A DNA stretch of 64,000 nucleotides from Candidatus Woesearchaeota archaeon (GCA_017609525.1 JAFCDT010000002.1:4885-68884); one strand, 5' to 3'; shown: positions 42,944 to 52,762, counted from the first letter of the stretch. A program made the numbers and translations. The notes: generated from the sequence alone by a model not told the origin.

Positions 42944-45263
42944 CCATCCTATCCAATTGCTGGAAGAGTTGCTCTTCCTCTTTTGTGAGCTTTTTGAACT
43001 TATTCGTTTTTTTGTATCTTATTTCTGAAGCTTTTTTGATCCATTCATAATTTGGTTGTTCTTTTATTCTTATTTTGGGGAAGGCTTCTATTATTTGTTC
43101 TTTTTGGGTTTTGTATTTCATTTGTTCAAGTTTATTCATCTTTTCTTCTAATTCTATCTCCTGTTTATCTAATTCTGTTGTTTTTTGCGATATTTTTGGA
43201 GTTATTTCTGGTATGTTCAGGTGAAGTTTAACTTTTGGTTTTTCTATTTCTTTCAATGCTTCTTGCATTTGCTGTTGTCTCCTGAGGTTTTCAAGGTTAA
43301 CCATCTTGGACACTAGGCTAAGTTCCTGTTTTTCAAGAAGTTTATTTTGCAGAGTTTTGATTTGTTTAGGCGGAGTTATTTTAAGCTCATCTAAAGATAC
43401 CAATCTATCTGAAATAGGTGTACCCCTCAGTTTAGCAACCCTTATCATTTCCTGTAAAGATTTTTTGATTATTGGTGCTTGTTCTGATAATTTGTGTGCC
43501 CCATGTTCTTGGATTTGCTGTATGCTTGTTAGTAATGAACTTAAAGGATTAGTTAGGCGCGGAGTTTTTTTGATTTGTGGCAACATTACTCTTTCTGGTT
43601 TTAGGAGCTTGGGTTGAAATCTTTTTTGAATTTTATCTAAGAAGGCAAGTTCGGTTTTATGTAGTTGGTATATTCCCTCTCTTTGTTTTATATTTATTTC
43701 CTGAAGCATGTCTTGGATTTTGTGAATTATTTTTATTTCACCTTTTTTGAGTCTATAAAAGTAAAGTTCTATTGAATCTTTTAGATTTTCTAAATTCTGA
43801 TTAATTTTTTCAAGAGCTTTATATTCTTTTACAGTGGGGTACTGTAATTCTTCAATCTTTATCTGTTCTAGGTCTTTCTTTTTTTGTATTTCTATATTGA
43901 ATTTAAGATGTTTTCTTTTTTCATAATTTTTTTGTAATTGGTTTAGTTGATTTTTAATTGAGAATAGTTGCTGTTTAACCTTTGTTTTTTCTGCAGTGAG
44001 GGTTCCTTTTATTCCTTCTTTGAGTTTTTCTTCTTTTTCTATTGTTTTATGTTTTTTCTCTTTTAATTTTGTTATTTGGTTTTTTATTTTATTTGCTAGT
44101 TGTTTTTCTTTTTCATGAAGGTTATGGGCCCATTTATGCTCTATTTGGGCTAACTGGGGCAATGTAGTTTTGTAAATGTCTTTGATCCAGTTATGTTTGT
44201 ATTTAGAAAATAAAGATAGAGAAGATTTTATAGTTGAAAGATAGTGTTTTTCCTCTTTTGTAACTATCCCACCTTTTTCGGTTACTTGATTCAGTTGTTG
44301 GGTCAATAGATCCAGTTTTCTCGATTCCTCATTAAGTCGTTCTTGCTCTATTCTATTATAAAGATTTACCAAAGAGATTCCATACTCTTTTTCTTGCTCT
44401 ATTGGTAATTTATAATATAGCATCAATGCTTGAGAGTAAAGTTTCTTTGCTTCTGGAATTTGATGTATGTTTCTTGTTGCTTTTTTAAGTATTTTATTGA
44501 TCTTTCTTTTTTGGAAACATAGCGTAAACGGATTCAAAAACCGCAGTATTTCTGGTTTTTCTTCTTCTAGCCTTATCTTGAATCTTTTTATCTCTCTTTT
44601 TGATACCTTAGGAGCTTTTTTAAGTGGTTTGAGCCTTTCTTTTACTAATTGGATGAACTCTTTGAAACTTTTTTGCCTGCCTATTAATATTTGCTTTAAT
44701 GTTTCTATTCTGCGTTGGGGTTTTTTAACAGGAATACGTTTTTTTAATTCTGTAATCTCTATAAACTGGTCAGAAATTTCTTTTATGTTTTGTTTTGTGT
44801 ATGTCTTTCCACTATATTTATATTCTAAGATTTTTTCTATAATCTCTTTTAATTGTGGTTTCTTTTTTTCTAGTTTTGCTACTAATTCTTCATGCGTTAA
44901 TTCATGTTTTATTTCTAAAATATTGTAAGCATATTCTTTTATTAATCCTGACAGTTGTTTAAGCGCTGTTTCTTCAGAAAGAGAACGAAGTTTTTTTGCA
45001 AATATTAATGCTTCTTTGTGATAGTCTGTTTCTGGTAGTTCTTGTATTTCTTTTTTTAGTCTTTTCTTTTTGACGTTAATCTTGGGAATTTTAAATTTTG
45101 GTAAGTGGTCTTTGATAAAAATTACTAAAAATACAAGGAGGGAAAGCAAAATTAAAACTAAAGGTGCAAGAAAAAATGGGGAATACGATCTTGAGCCTAT
45201 AGTTATTTCTTGCGCATATGCAAAAGGCATAGTTAAAAGAAATATTGCGACCTCTTTTTTCAT
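42930..45263 (-). CDS. Membrane-anchored protein with a long basic coiled-coil cytoplasmic region
   Basis: Signal-like N-terminus plus TM, then ~720 aa of K/Q/E/L-rich helical sequence. Confidence 0.75.
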   Translation of the reverse strand: MKKEVAIFLLTMPFAYAQEITIGSRSYSPFFLAPLVLILLSLLVFLVIFIKDHLPKFKIPKINVKKKRLKKEIQELPETDYHKEALIFAKKLRSLSEETALKQLSGLIKEYAYNILEIKHELTHEELVAKLEKKKPQLKEIIEKILEYKYSGKTYTKQNIKEISDQFIEITELKKRIPVKKPQRRIETLKQILIGRQKSFKEFIQLVKERLKPLKKAPKVSKREIKRFKIRLEEEKPEILRFLNPFTLCFQKRKINKILKKATRNIHQIPEAKKLYSQALMLYYKLPIEQEKEYGISLVNLYNRIEQERLNEESRKLDLLTQQLNQVTEKGGIVTKEEKHYLSTIKSSLSLFSKYKHNWIKDIYKTTLPQLAQIEHKWAHNLHEKEKQLANKIKNQITKLKEKKHKTIEKEEKLKEGIKGTLTAEKTKVKQQLFSIKNQLNQLQKNYEKRKHLKFNIEIQKKKDLEQIKIEELQYPTVKEYKALEKINQNLENLKDSIELYFYRLKKGEIKIIHKIQDMLQEINIKQREGIYQLHKTELAFLDKIQKRFQPKLLKPERVMLPQIKKTPRLTNPLSSLLTSIQQIQEHGAHKLSEQAPIIKKSLQEMIRVAKLRGTPISDRLVSLDELKITPPKQIKTLQNKLLEKQELSLVSKMVNLENLRRQQQMQEALKEIEKPKVKLHLNIPEITPKISQKTTELDKQEIELEEKMNKLEQMKYKTQKEQIIEAFPKIRIKEQPNYEWIKKASEIRYKKTNKFKKLTKEEEQLFQQLDRMAISS

Positions 45264-45298
45264 GTTAATTGTGTGTAATCTTTAATATAAAAATGTTA

Positions 45299-46291
45299 TC
45301 ATATTACTTTTAATGCTCTTTTGAGGTATCGCTTAGCAAGTTCTGTTTCATGTTCTGATAAAGCTCCCTCTTTTAGTTTGTTAAACAAGAAGAGGATCTC
45401 CTGTTTGAGGTTGCCCTCGATTCCCTCCTTGTGTAATTTGTTGTTTAATTCTGATAGGGAAGAATTAGCAGTAATGCCCAGTTTTTGGAAAAAAGTTTCA
45501 ATTAAATAGAAAATATGCGCGGATGCGGTTGCTTTAGGCATTTTTTTAATTTTTGTTAGGCCACTTTTTATTGTTTTTTCATGTTTTGTTTTTTTGAACT
45601 TTAATCCCTCAGTTGCTTTTTTGATTGAGAATGCAATAATAATCAGTATTAGTATGACAAGGGTGATCATAATTGGTTTTTTTACATTGAATTTTAATGC
45701 ACTTTCATCCACTGCTCCTTGTTTGTTTAATAGTTGGATGGAGTATGTGGGAACATCATCTTTAATGGAAACATTAATTTCTACTTCGTCATTGATTACA
45801 ACAAATAAATGATCTTCCAAAATTCTTGAATAAATTTTTTCTATTGGTTTTTCTTCTATCTCTCTTAGTAAGGGCAAAAGGTTGATGGTTTCATTAAACA
45901 TTTCCCTAGTTTTTGCAGAAGAAATTATTTTTGGATAATCCTGGATTAATTTTGTTATATTTACTACTTGTGATGCTTCATATAGCTCTTCTTTTTCAAT
46001 TAATACTGATTCATTAACTGCAAATATAACTGTTTCTGATCCAGTAAATGAATTTAAAGGAGTAATTGTAGCGGTTCCATCTTTTACTGTAACTTGAACA
46101 TTTTCTGTATAATTTATGAAATAATCGGCCTGTTTTGGAAGATGTTTATAAAGATTTATTACAACTTCGTTTGGAGAATGCAATCTTATTATTAATTTGT
46201 CTTCCAAGGCTAAGGAAAATGGAATTAATAATATAATGATTGAGATAATCCGTAAGATTTGCGGAATTTTTTTGTCTTTTTGTTTGGACAT
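45299..46291 (-). CDS. Single-pass membrane protein, extracellular beta region plus cytoplasmic helical domain
   Basis: Signal peptide, ATITPLNSFTGSETVIFAVN Ig-like piece, TM IMITLVILILIIIAF. Confidence 0.72.
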   Translation of the reverse strand: MSKQKDKKIPQILRIISIIILLIPFSLALEDKLIIRLHSPNEVVINLYKHLPKQADYFINYTENVQVTVKDGTATITPLNSFTGSETVIFAVNESVLIEKEELYEASQVVNITKLIQDYPKIISSAKTREMFNETINLLPLLREIEEKPIEKIYSRILEDHLFVVINDEVEINVSIKDDVPTYSIQLLNKQGAVDESALKFNVKKPIMITLVILILIIIAFSIKKATEGLKFKKTKHEKTIKSGLTKIKKMPKATASAHIFYLIETFFQKLGITANSSLSELNNKLHKEGIEGNLKQEILFLFNKLKEGALSEHETELAKRYLKRALKVI

Positions 46292-46378
46292 TTATATCAC
46301 TTTACTCTTTTTTAAGTTTCTCTTTTATTAAATTGATCAATTTTTTTATTTTTTATTTCAAATGAAATTGTTTTCTTC

Positions 46379-46792
46379 CTATCCAAGTTTCTTCTCTATT
46401 GTTCTCATTAATTTTTTAATTATCTTTTTAATATCTCCTAGCTTTCTTTTAATATAATCTTTTTCTACAAAGAAACCATCATAAGCTATTTTATTTCTCA
46501 CGTTTCTTAAATCATCAATGAGAAATGTTTCATAACCATCAAATTCTGCATAATTATTTTTGAGGTAGCCTATTAGTTTCTTATGGGCACCTTCTCCATA
46601 TGTTTTATAGCCGTCCAGCAAAAGGATCACACTTAATAGTTCCCTTATAATCTCATAGTATTCTTTAGTAACATTTGATGGAAATTTATTTATATCTATG
46701 CTTTTAACTAATTCTAGGGTAGTTTCCACCATTTTTAAGATAGATCTTGCTTTTTCTTTATCTGGTGTGACTTTAATTAAATTTTCTTCCAT
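46379..46792 (-). CDS. HEPN-domain protein (putative toxin)
   Basis: Helical; LDGYK...H; RNVRNKIAYDG (Rx4Y-type); directly downstream of MNT. Confidence 0.75.
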   Translation of the reverse strand: MEENLIKVTPDKEKARSILKMVETTLELVKSIDINKFPSNVTKEYYEIIRELLSVILLLDGYKTYGEGAHKKLIGYLKNNYAEFDGYETFLIDDLRNVRNKIAYDGFFVEKDYIKRKLGDIKKIIKKLMRTIEKKLG

Positions 46793-46793
46793 T

Positions 46794-47333
46794 TTAAAAA
46801 ACCTTTAGGTACCCTTTTAGTATTATGCCATTAATTACATTATTTTTTAATTCTTTACTTAACTTCTTAAAATCTTCACTAAAAAAAAGATTTATTCTCC
46901 TATTTAATTTTTTTTCATATTGATTTAAATCTAATTTTTTTTCCTTGCATAATAAAAATAAATCCATATCGCTGTCCTTCAGATCCTCTCCTTTTGAAGC
47001 TGAACCAAAGAGAATAATGGTGTCGGGCATACAGCTGTCTAATAAATAATTCAATAAACCAGATTCCTCTATCCTTATGATATTATCTATTTTTTTAAGA
47101 AATATAAAATTCTCGTTATCTTTATTTGCATAGTAAATAGGATAACCATGTATCCTGTGTTTTTCTTTAACGATTAATCTTTCTTTTTCAAGCTCACCTA
47201 AATATCTCTTAACAGATGCTGGTGCAAGACTTATTTTTCTGCTTATCTCTCTAAGCTGAAAGCCTATGCCTTTAGGTAGCGGATCCTCAAAAAATATTTC
47301 CAAAATCCTATGCCTGTTATCTTTTTGTAACAT
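46794..47333 (-). CDS. HTH-minimal nucleotidyltransferase (MNT antitoxin)
   Basis: LREISRKISLAPASVKRYLGELEK wHTH; LFGSASKGEDLKDSDMDL. Confidence 0.88.
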   Translation of the reverse strand: MLQKDNRHRILEIFFEDPLPKGIGFQLREISRKISLAPASVKRYLGELEKERLIVKEKHRIHGYPIYYANKDNENFIFLKKIDNIIRIEESGLLNYLLDSCMPDTIILFGSASKGEDLKDSDMDLFLLCKEKKLDLNQYEKKLNRRINLFFSEDFKKLSKELKNNVINGIILKGYLKVF

Positions 47334-47453
47334 ATGTAATAATATTATTACAACTGTTATTTAAATATTGCTATCTTGAGGCATATATGTTTCACTAGTT
47401 ATAACTTTGTTTTTAACTATAAATGTGTAACTTTATGTTTTATAAATTAAATT

Positions 47454-47522
47454 TACTTAAATATCATGTTTATTTACTTATTTAGAGGATGGTTTTACTT
47501 ATATTATAAGTATTATTACTGA
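47454..47522. promoter_or_regulatory. Phased operator-like array, TACT(T/G)A every 21 bp, with one full palindrome
   Basis: TACTTA at 47454, 47475 and 47496, TACTGA at 47517; TACTTATA-T-TATAAGTA at 47496-47512. Confidence 0.6.
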
Positions 47523-47581
47523 TATTCTTTTATTTTATATATTATGTATATTTTATATTAATAGAAATATTTATATAGAAG

Positions 47582-47593
47582 TTAGTATACTAA
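47582..47593. promoter_or_regulatory. Perfect 12-bp palindrome just downstream of a TATA box
   Basis: TTAGTATACTAA after TTTATATA (~47570-47577). Confidence 0.5.
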
Positions 47594-47619
47594 ATATATT
47601 GGTGAATTTGTGAATTTAA

Positions 47620-47760
47620 CTGGATGAAATAACTACAATAAGAGTTAGTAAAAAAACTAAGTTTCGTTTAATGAAGCATGGTAAAATGATCGAAACAATG
47701 GATGATCTCATAAATAGAGTTCTTGATGCTTTTGAAAGAGAGGAGGAGAATGAAAAGTAA
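47620..47760 (+). CDS. Small ribbon-helix-helix DNA-binding protein (46 aa, apparent CTG start; absent from ORF track)
   Basis: Manual translation LDEITTIRVSKKTKFRLMKHGKMIETMDDLINRVLDAFEREEENEK fits the archaeal RHH pattern TTIxVSxxTKxxL...ETxDDxIxRxLD; overlaps next gene. Confidence 0.72.
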   Translation: MDEITTIRVSKKTKFRLMKHGKMIETMDDLINRVLDAFEREEENEK

Positions 47761-47932
47761 AAAGATTATTCTTATTTTAATTATTTTAGTGATTATTTTG
47801 GGTATTGGTTATATGATAATTAGTTTTAATGATTGGGAAAAAGAGGATATGGTTAAAGGAGACATAGTAAAAAATAACCTTGGAGAGGGTGGAGGGTATA
47901 GAATCCAAATCTTAGAAAAGGGGGCTGGTTGA
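47750..47932 (+). CDS. Small single-TM protein
   Basis: AGGAGG SD, MKSKK plus hydrophobic helix, short tail GEGGGYRIQILE. Confidence 0.7.
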   Translation: MKSKKIILILIILVIILGIGYMIISFNDWEKEDMVKGDIVKNNLGEGGGYRIQILEKGAG

Positions 47933-50844
47933 TGAAAGGAGGGATAGCAGTAATCATATTTATTGTACTTATTGGGTTAGTTGGTGCTATCGATGATTTG
48001 TTGGCTTTACAAGGAAAGGTTGATCAAAGCGGAACATTGGTTGAATCAGGAGATATTGTAGTAGAGATATGGGATGATGCGACTGCTGGAAATTTAATTT
48101 ATAATTCTACTTCGGATTTTAATGGCGCAATCCAGGGAGGCTTTTTTGATATTGTACTTGGTAGCGGAAGCAATAGCTTAACTTTGAATTTAAGTCAGAC
48201 TTACTATATGGATATAGCTATTGAAGGACAAGACATTGATTGGGGAGGTGATGAAAGGAGGCAGTTTCAGGCTACTGTCGGAAGGCCTTACTTTGAAGAA
48301 GAGGTTGTTTTGAATGATACACTATATACTAAAGATGGAAATGTTGGAATCAACGATGCAAATCCGGGCCATACTTTAAGTGTTGAGGGAAATTTAAGTT
48401 TGGATTCTTCTGTATATGCAAGTTGTACTGCACTGGAGACCGATTCTGCTGGAGGGATAGTCTGTGGAACTGATGATGCTGGAACTTCATCCACCTCATT
48501 TTGGGCAGGAAGTGCTGTAAATGAAATTTATAATGATACTACTGCTGGAGTTGGTATTGGAACTAATAATCCAAGTTATAAATTAGAGGTAAATTCTGTA
48601 GATAGTGCATTAAATGTAAGTGGGATGTTGTATGTTAATTCAAGTAGTGTTGGTATTGGGACTGACGTTCCTGGCAACCCTATATCTATAAGCGGAGTTA
48701 TTGGGATTACAGACAACATTCTTTTTGATAATGGTGTTGATTTCTTTTGGAAAAATTCTTCTGGGACTTCATGGAGCATAATAACATTGCACACAAATAA
48801 CAATCTTTATTTAACATCGCCCGCAGATGCAGATATGATATTTAGAGTTGGTGGATATACTGAAAGAATGAGAATAGACAGTTCAGGAAATGTAGGTATA
48901 GGAACAACAAGTCCAAATAAAACTCTTACAATATTAGGTAATTTGAGTTTGGCTGGTCCTGAGTATATTAGCTGTACTTCTTTGGAGACTGATGCTGAGG
49001 GAGGAATTAGGTGTGGGACTGATGACACTGGCTCTGGGGGAATAACTAATTGGGACAGCAATATTGCTTTCTTGAATGAAAGTCAAACTTTTGCTGAGAA
49101 TAATACCTTTGATGAGAATGTTGTTATTAATACGAGACTAGGAGTTGGAATCGATAACCCCGATGTTACCATGCATGTAAATTCTTCAGCAATTGGGGGA
49201 ATCAAGATCTCGGGAAATTTTCCTCTTTTACAACTACACGACTTCGCTACTGAGAATAAAATGAATATTGAACTTGGAAGAATTGATGCAGGAATGACTA
49301 TATATGATAATGGTTTTGGTGGTGTTGTCTTCTATATTGAAAATACTACAGGAAATGTTGGAATTGGAACTACTACTGTAAATAAAACATTAACAATATT
49401 GGGTAATTTAAGTTTGGCTGGTCCTGAGTATATTAGCTGTACTTCTTTGGAGACTGATGCTGAAGGAGGGATTAGGTGTGGGGCTGATGCTGGAGAGGGA
49501 GGAGGAGTATTTCTTGGATGGGACTCTAATCTGGTGTGGCATAATCAAAGCTTAAATTCAACAATAGCATTGTGGATTGAAAATGATACAACATTAACAG
49601 ACGCGCAAGTAGATGATTTTGCTTTCAATGATAATTCTTCATTGGATACAAGGTATGTAAGCAGGAGCGATTGGACTACAATAGATAACTATCCTTCTGC
49701 TTGTGCTGGAGGACAGTATGTAAGCGGGATAGGGGATACCTTAACTTGTTCAACACCTTCAGGAGGTACAACCTATTGGACAGGAAGTGGAAATTTAATT
49801 TATAATGATACTACTGCTGGAGTTGGAATTGGTACTAATAATCCAAGTTATAAATTAGAAGTAAATGATGCTTCAACAAGCTCTGTTAATCTTTCTGGAG
49901 CTTTATATGTTGATGGAAGCGAAAGGCTTATTGGTATTGGAACTGATAGTCCGTTTAAGGCACTAACGGTTTTGGGAAAGGCGGCTATTGGAGATTCAAT
50001 TAATAGCTCAAGAGCTTCAAGAGCCTTTAATGTTATTGATACTAATGCCGTAGTTAAAATTATGAGGATTAGTGATGATTCTATACTAGCAGCTCCTGCT
50101 TTTGAATTAATACATGAGAACGCTGATGGAGCAAGAGATGTCTATTGGGATTTCTTTGCTAGTGTTGATGGTATAAGTATGAGAGATAGACTGGCGGGAG
50201 AGCAAAGATCTCTCTTTATAGAGGCAGCCACACCAACCAATACCCTTTATTTATCAAGTGGTGGTAATGTAGGTATAAGAACAGCAAGTCCAAATAAAAC
50301 TCTTACAATATTAGGTAATTTGAGTTTGGCTGGTCCTGAGTATATTAGCTGTACTTCTTTGGAGACTGATGCTGAGGGAGGAATTAGGTGTGGAACAGAT
50401 GCTACTGGGACTTCATCCCCTTCATTTTGGGCAGGAAGTGCTGTAAATGAAATTTACAATGATACTACTGTTGGAGTTGGAATTGGTACTAATAATCCAA
50501 GTTATAAATTAGAAGTAAATTCTGTAGATAATGCTATGAATGTAAGTGGGATGTTGTATGTTAATTCAAGTAGTGTTGGTATTGGTGTTATCAACCCAAG
50601 ATATGAATTAGATTTGGATACAGGCACTATAAGGGCACATAGAGTTGTAGGTTCAAGTGGATTAAACTTAACTACAACAGGAAATGTGCCTGTTGTTATT
50701 TATACATCTGACACAGAAAGAATGAGAATTGATTCTTCTGGAAATGTAGGTATAGGAACTAATAATCCAGATTTTAAGTTAGATGTTATAGGAACAATAA
50801 AAGCTAATGATAGCATTAAAATAGGCACATGGTGGAAAGAGTAA
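47929..50844 (+). CDS. Secreted tail-fibre-like adhesin, N-terminal part
   Basis: Signal peptide, LQGKV...EIWDDATAGNLIY...GFFDIVLG N-domain, many GNVGIGT repeats; frame changes near 50830. Confidence 0.82.
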   Translation: MMKGGIAVIIFIVLIGLVGAIDDLLALQGKVDQSGTLVESGDIVVEIWDDATAGNLIYNSTSDFNGAIQGGFFDIVLGSGSNSLTLNLSQTYYMDIAIEGQDIDWGGDERRQFQATVGRPYFEEEVVLNDTLYTKDGNVGINDANPGHTLSVEGNLSLDSSVYASCTALETDSAGGIVCGTDDAGTSSTSFWAGSAVNEIYNDTTAGVGIGTNNPSYKLEVNSVDSALNVSGMLYVNSSSVGIGTDVPGNPISISGVIGITDNILFDNGVDFFWKNSSGTSWSIITLHTNNNLYLTSPADADMIFRVGGYTERMRIDSSGNVGIGTTSPNKTLTILGNLSLAGPEYISCTSLETDAEGGIRCGTDDTGSGGITNWDSNIAFLNESQTFAENNTFDENVVINTRLGVGIDNPDVTMHVNSSAIGGIKISGNFPLLQLHDFATENKMNIELGRIDAGMTIYDNGFGGVVFYIENTTGNVGIGTTTVNKTLTILGNLSLAGPEYISCTSLETDAEGGIRCGADAGEGGGVFLGWDSNLVWHNQSLNSTIALWIENDTTLTDAQVDDFAFNDNSSLDTRYVSRSDWTTIDNYPSACAGGQYVSGIGDTLTCSTPSGGTTYWTGSGNLIYNDTTAGVGIGTNNPSYKLEVNDASTSSVNLSGALYVDGSERLIGIGTDSPFKALTVLGKAAIGDSINSSRASRAFNVIDTNAVVKIMRISDDSILAAPAFELIHENADGARDVYWDFFASVDGISMRDRLAGEQRSLFIEAATPTNTLYLSSGGNVGIRTASPNKTLTILGNLSLAGPEYISCTSLETDAEGGIRCGTDATGTSSPSFWAGSAVNEIYNDTTVGVGIGTNNPSYKLEVNSVDNAMNVSGMLYVNSSSVGIGVINPRYELDLDTGTIRAHRVVGSSGLNLTTTGNVPVVIYTSDTERMRIDSSGNVGIGTNNPDFKLDVIGTIKANDSIKIGTWWKE
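48908..50393 (+). repeat. Three ~100-bp near-identical module repeats in the fibre gene
   Basis: 48916-49016, 49381-49481 and 50293-50393 encode NKTLTILGNLSLAGPEYISCTSLETDAEGGIRCG; a second pair lies at ~48499-48659 and ~50425-50585. Confidence 0.88.
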
Positions 50845-50851
50845 TACTGGG

Positions 50852-52657
50852 GTGATGATTGGCTCAAACAATGATTTTTCTGGATGGGGAAATCAGATAG
50901 ATGGAATGGATACAGATAATTCTGGTAGTTATTCTAGTTTATATTTAAATTACAGGGGTGGAAAGAAAATCATTTTAACAAATTCGAGTGATGGTAATGT
51001 AGGTATAGGAACAACAAATCCTAGTTATAAATTAGAAGTAAATTCTGTAGATAGTGCATTAAATGTAAGTGGAAATTTGTATGTTAATTCTAGTAATGTT
51101 GGTATAGGGTTTGACAATCCACAACATACCCTTCATATTGAAAACTCATCTGGAGATCTTGTAAGTGCAGTAAAGGTTACTGATGGAAGAAATAGTGTCT
51201 TTTTACAAGCAAGCAGAAGCGTGGGGGATGGGGGGGTTATAGGCACAAGATTGGTCTTGGATGATAATGGGGCGAGCGGTAAAAGATGGGATATTACTAC
51301 AGGAATTAAAGAGGGGGGTTTAGTATTTAGGAATAATGATGATGGAATTAACGCTTTGACATTAAATTCTTCTGGAGATGTAGGTATAGGAACAACAAGT
51401 CCAGATAGAAATTTAGAAGTATCAGGAACGGGAGCACAACAAATTGAAGTAGAATCTACATCAACCGACGCTGATTTAATTATTGATGCCAATACTGATT
51501 CAGATGCAAGAATTATTTTACAAGAAGCAGGAGTAAATTTAGGTTGGATAAGATTAGATGGAGATGATGGTAATAAAATAAAATTTCAGTATAGCACAAG
51601 TGCTACTGATGCAATGACTATCGACCAAACTGGAAAAATAGGTATAGGAACTGCTTTTCCTGGTGCTAAATTACATGTTTCTGAAACAAATAATTCTGCC
51701 TTTGATGCTGCAGTTGCTATTACTAGAACCGCCAGCGGAGGAGACTCTCTTGCATTCCTCAATATAGGTAGTAATTGGTACTTTGGAAGAGATAGTGCGG
51801 GAAACGCTTTTCAGGCTAGATACGCTAATTGGGACTTGACCGAAGACAGGTGGGAATCTACTTATACTGGTAGTATTGTGGGGCCTGTTTTTACCCAATA
51901 TGAGTACAATGGAGACATAAACTTTAAATCAATGGCTCCTCAATCCTTGACAGAAGGGGATGCTTTAAGTTTCGTAAATGTTATGACTTTGAAAGGGGGA
52001 GGAAATGTGGGTATAGTGACAACAAATCCACAGGCAAGATTAGAGGTTGATGATAATAATTATTGGTATAGTACAAAATATCCTGCGGTTGGTATTAAAA
52101 GCATAAGGCCTGCACTTGCTTTTTATGATGATAATTCAGAAGGTAAAAATGTAACAGTCCTTTATCAAGACCAGCAAACTTTCAAGATAGCTAAAACTGC
52201 ATTTACTACTAATGATTGGGGTTATGATGAGAAAATAGATGCATTAAAAATAGATTCAGACGCGAGCATAACATTTCCATATGTTTATTCTGATATTGTT
52301 GGTGGAACGAATAGAGATTTATATATAGACAATACAGGTTTGATAGGTTATGTTAGTTCTAGTATAAGATATAAAGAAAACATAAAAGATATTGGAAATG
52401 GTTCAGAAAAGCTTTATGATTTAAGACCCGTTTCCTTTAATTATAAAGGAGATAATTCCTCTAGCCTTCAATATGGTTTAATTGCTGAAGAAGTTGAAGA
52501 GGTTATGCCTGAGATAGTAAGCTATGATGAAGAAGGTAATCCAGAAACAGTAAGCTACAGTAAGCTAATAAGCCCAATGCTTAATGAGATCCAACAACTT
52601 AAGGAAGAGAATGAAGAATTAAAAAAGAGGATTGAAGTTTTAGAAAAAAAGATTTAG
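50852..52657 (+). CDS. Fibre adhesin C-terminal part with Peptidase S74 intramolecular chaperone
   Basis: GNVGIGT repeats; SSIRYKENIKDI...LRPVSFNYK...GLIAEEV...YSKLISPMLNEIQQL plus coiled coil; no signal peptide. Confidence 0.88.
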   Translation: MMIGSNNDFSGWGNQIDGMDTDNSGSYSSLYLNYRGGKKIILTNSSDGNVGIGTTNPSYKLEVNSVDSALNVSGNLYVNSSNVGIGFDNPQHTLHIENSSGDLVSAVKVTDGRNSVFLQASRSVGDGGVIGTRLVLDDNGASGKRWDITTGIKEGGLVFRNNDDGINALTLNSSGDVGIGTTSPDRNLEVSGTGAQQIEVESTSTDADLIIDANTDSDARIILQEAGVNLGWIRLDGDDGNKIKFQYSTSATDAMTIDQTGKIGIGTAFPGAKLHVSETNNSAFDAAVAITRTASGGDSLAFLNIGSNWYFGRDSAGNAFQARYANWDLTEDRWESTYTGSIVGPVFTQYEYNGDINFKSMAPQSLTEGDALSFVNVMTLKGGGNVGIVTTNPQARLEVDDNNYWYSTKYPAVGIKSIRPALAFYDDNSEGKNVTVLYQDQQTFKIAKTAFTTNDWGYDEKIDALKIDSDASITFPYVYSDIVGGTNRDLYIDNTGLIGYVSSSIRYKENIKDIGNGSEKLYDLRPVSFNYKGDNSSSLQYGLIAEEVEEVMPEIVSYDEEGNPETVSYSKLISPMLNEIQQLKEENEELKKRIEVLEKKI

Positions 52658-52662
52658 TATGA

Positions 52663-52759
52663 TACTTACATAACAAGTAAAAACATAAGCTTTATATACT
52701 ATTTTACTTACTTTATGAGTAGAAAACCATTATAAGTAAAATTACTTATATAGTGAGTA
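52663..52759. promoter_or_regulatory. Three 17-bp palindromic motifs around the TATA box of the tandem-HTH gene
   Basis: TACTTA-CATAA-CAAGTA (52663), TACTTA-CTTTA-TGAGTA (52705), TACTTA-TATAG-TGAGTA (52743); TATA box AAGCTTTATATA at ~52687-52698. Confidence 0.68.
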
Positions 52760-52762
52760 TTA

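Noticed and set aside
47334-47620. Replication origin in the AT-rich intergenic region
   Set aside because: No cdc6/orc1 adjacent and no ORB-like G-string boxes; the repeats are better explained as operators also present at 52663-52759
47929-52657. Prophage tail module
   Set aside because: Signal peptide present; no capsid, terminase, portal or integrase nearby
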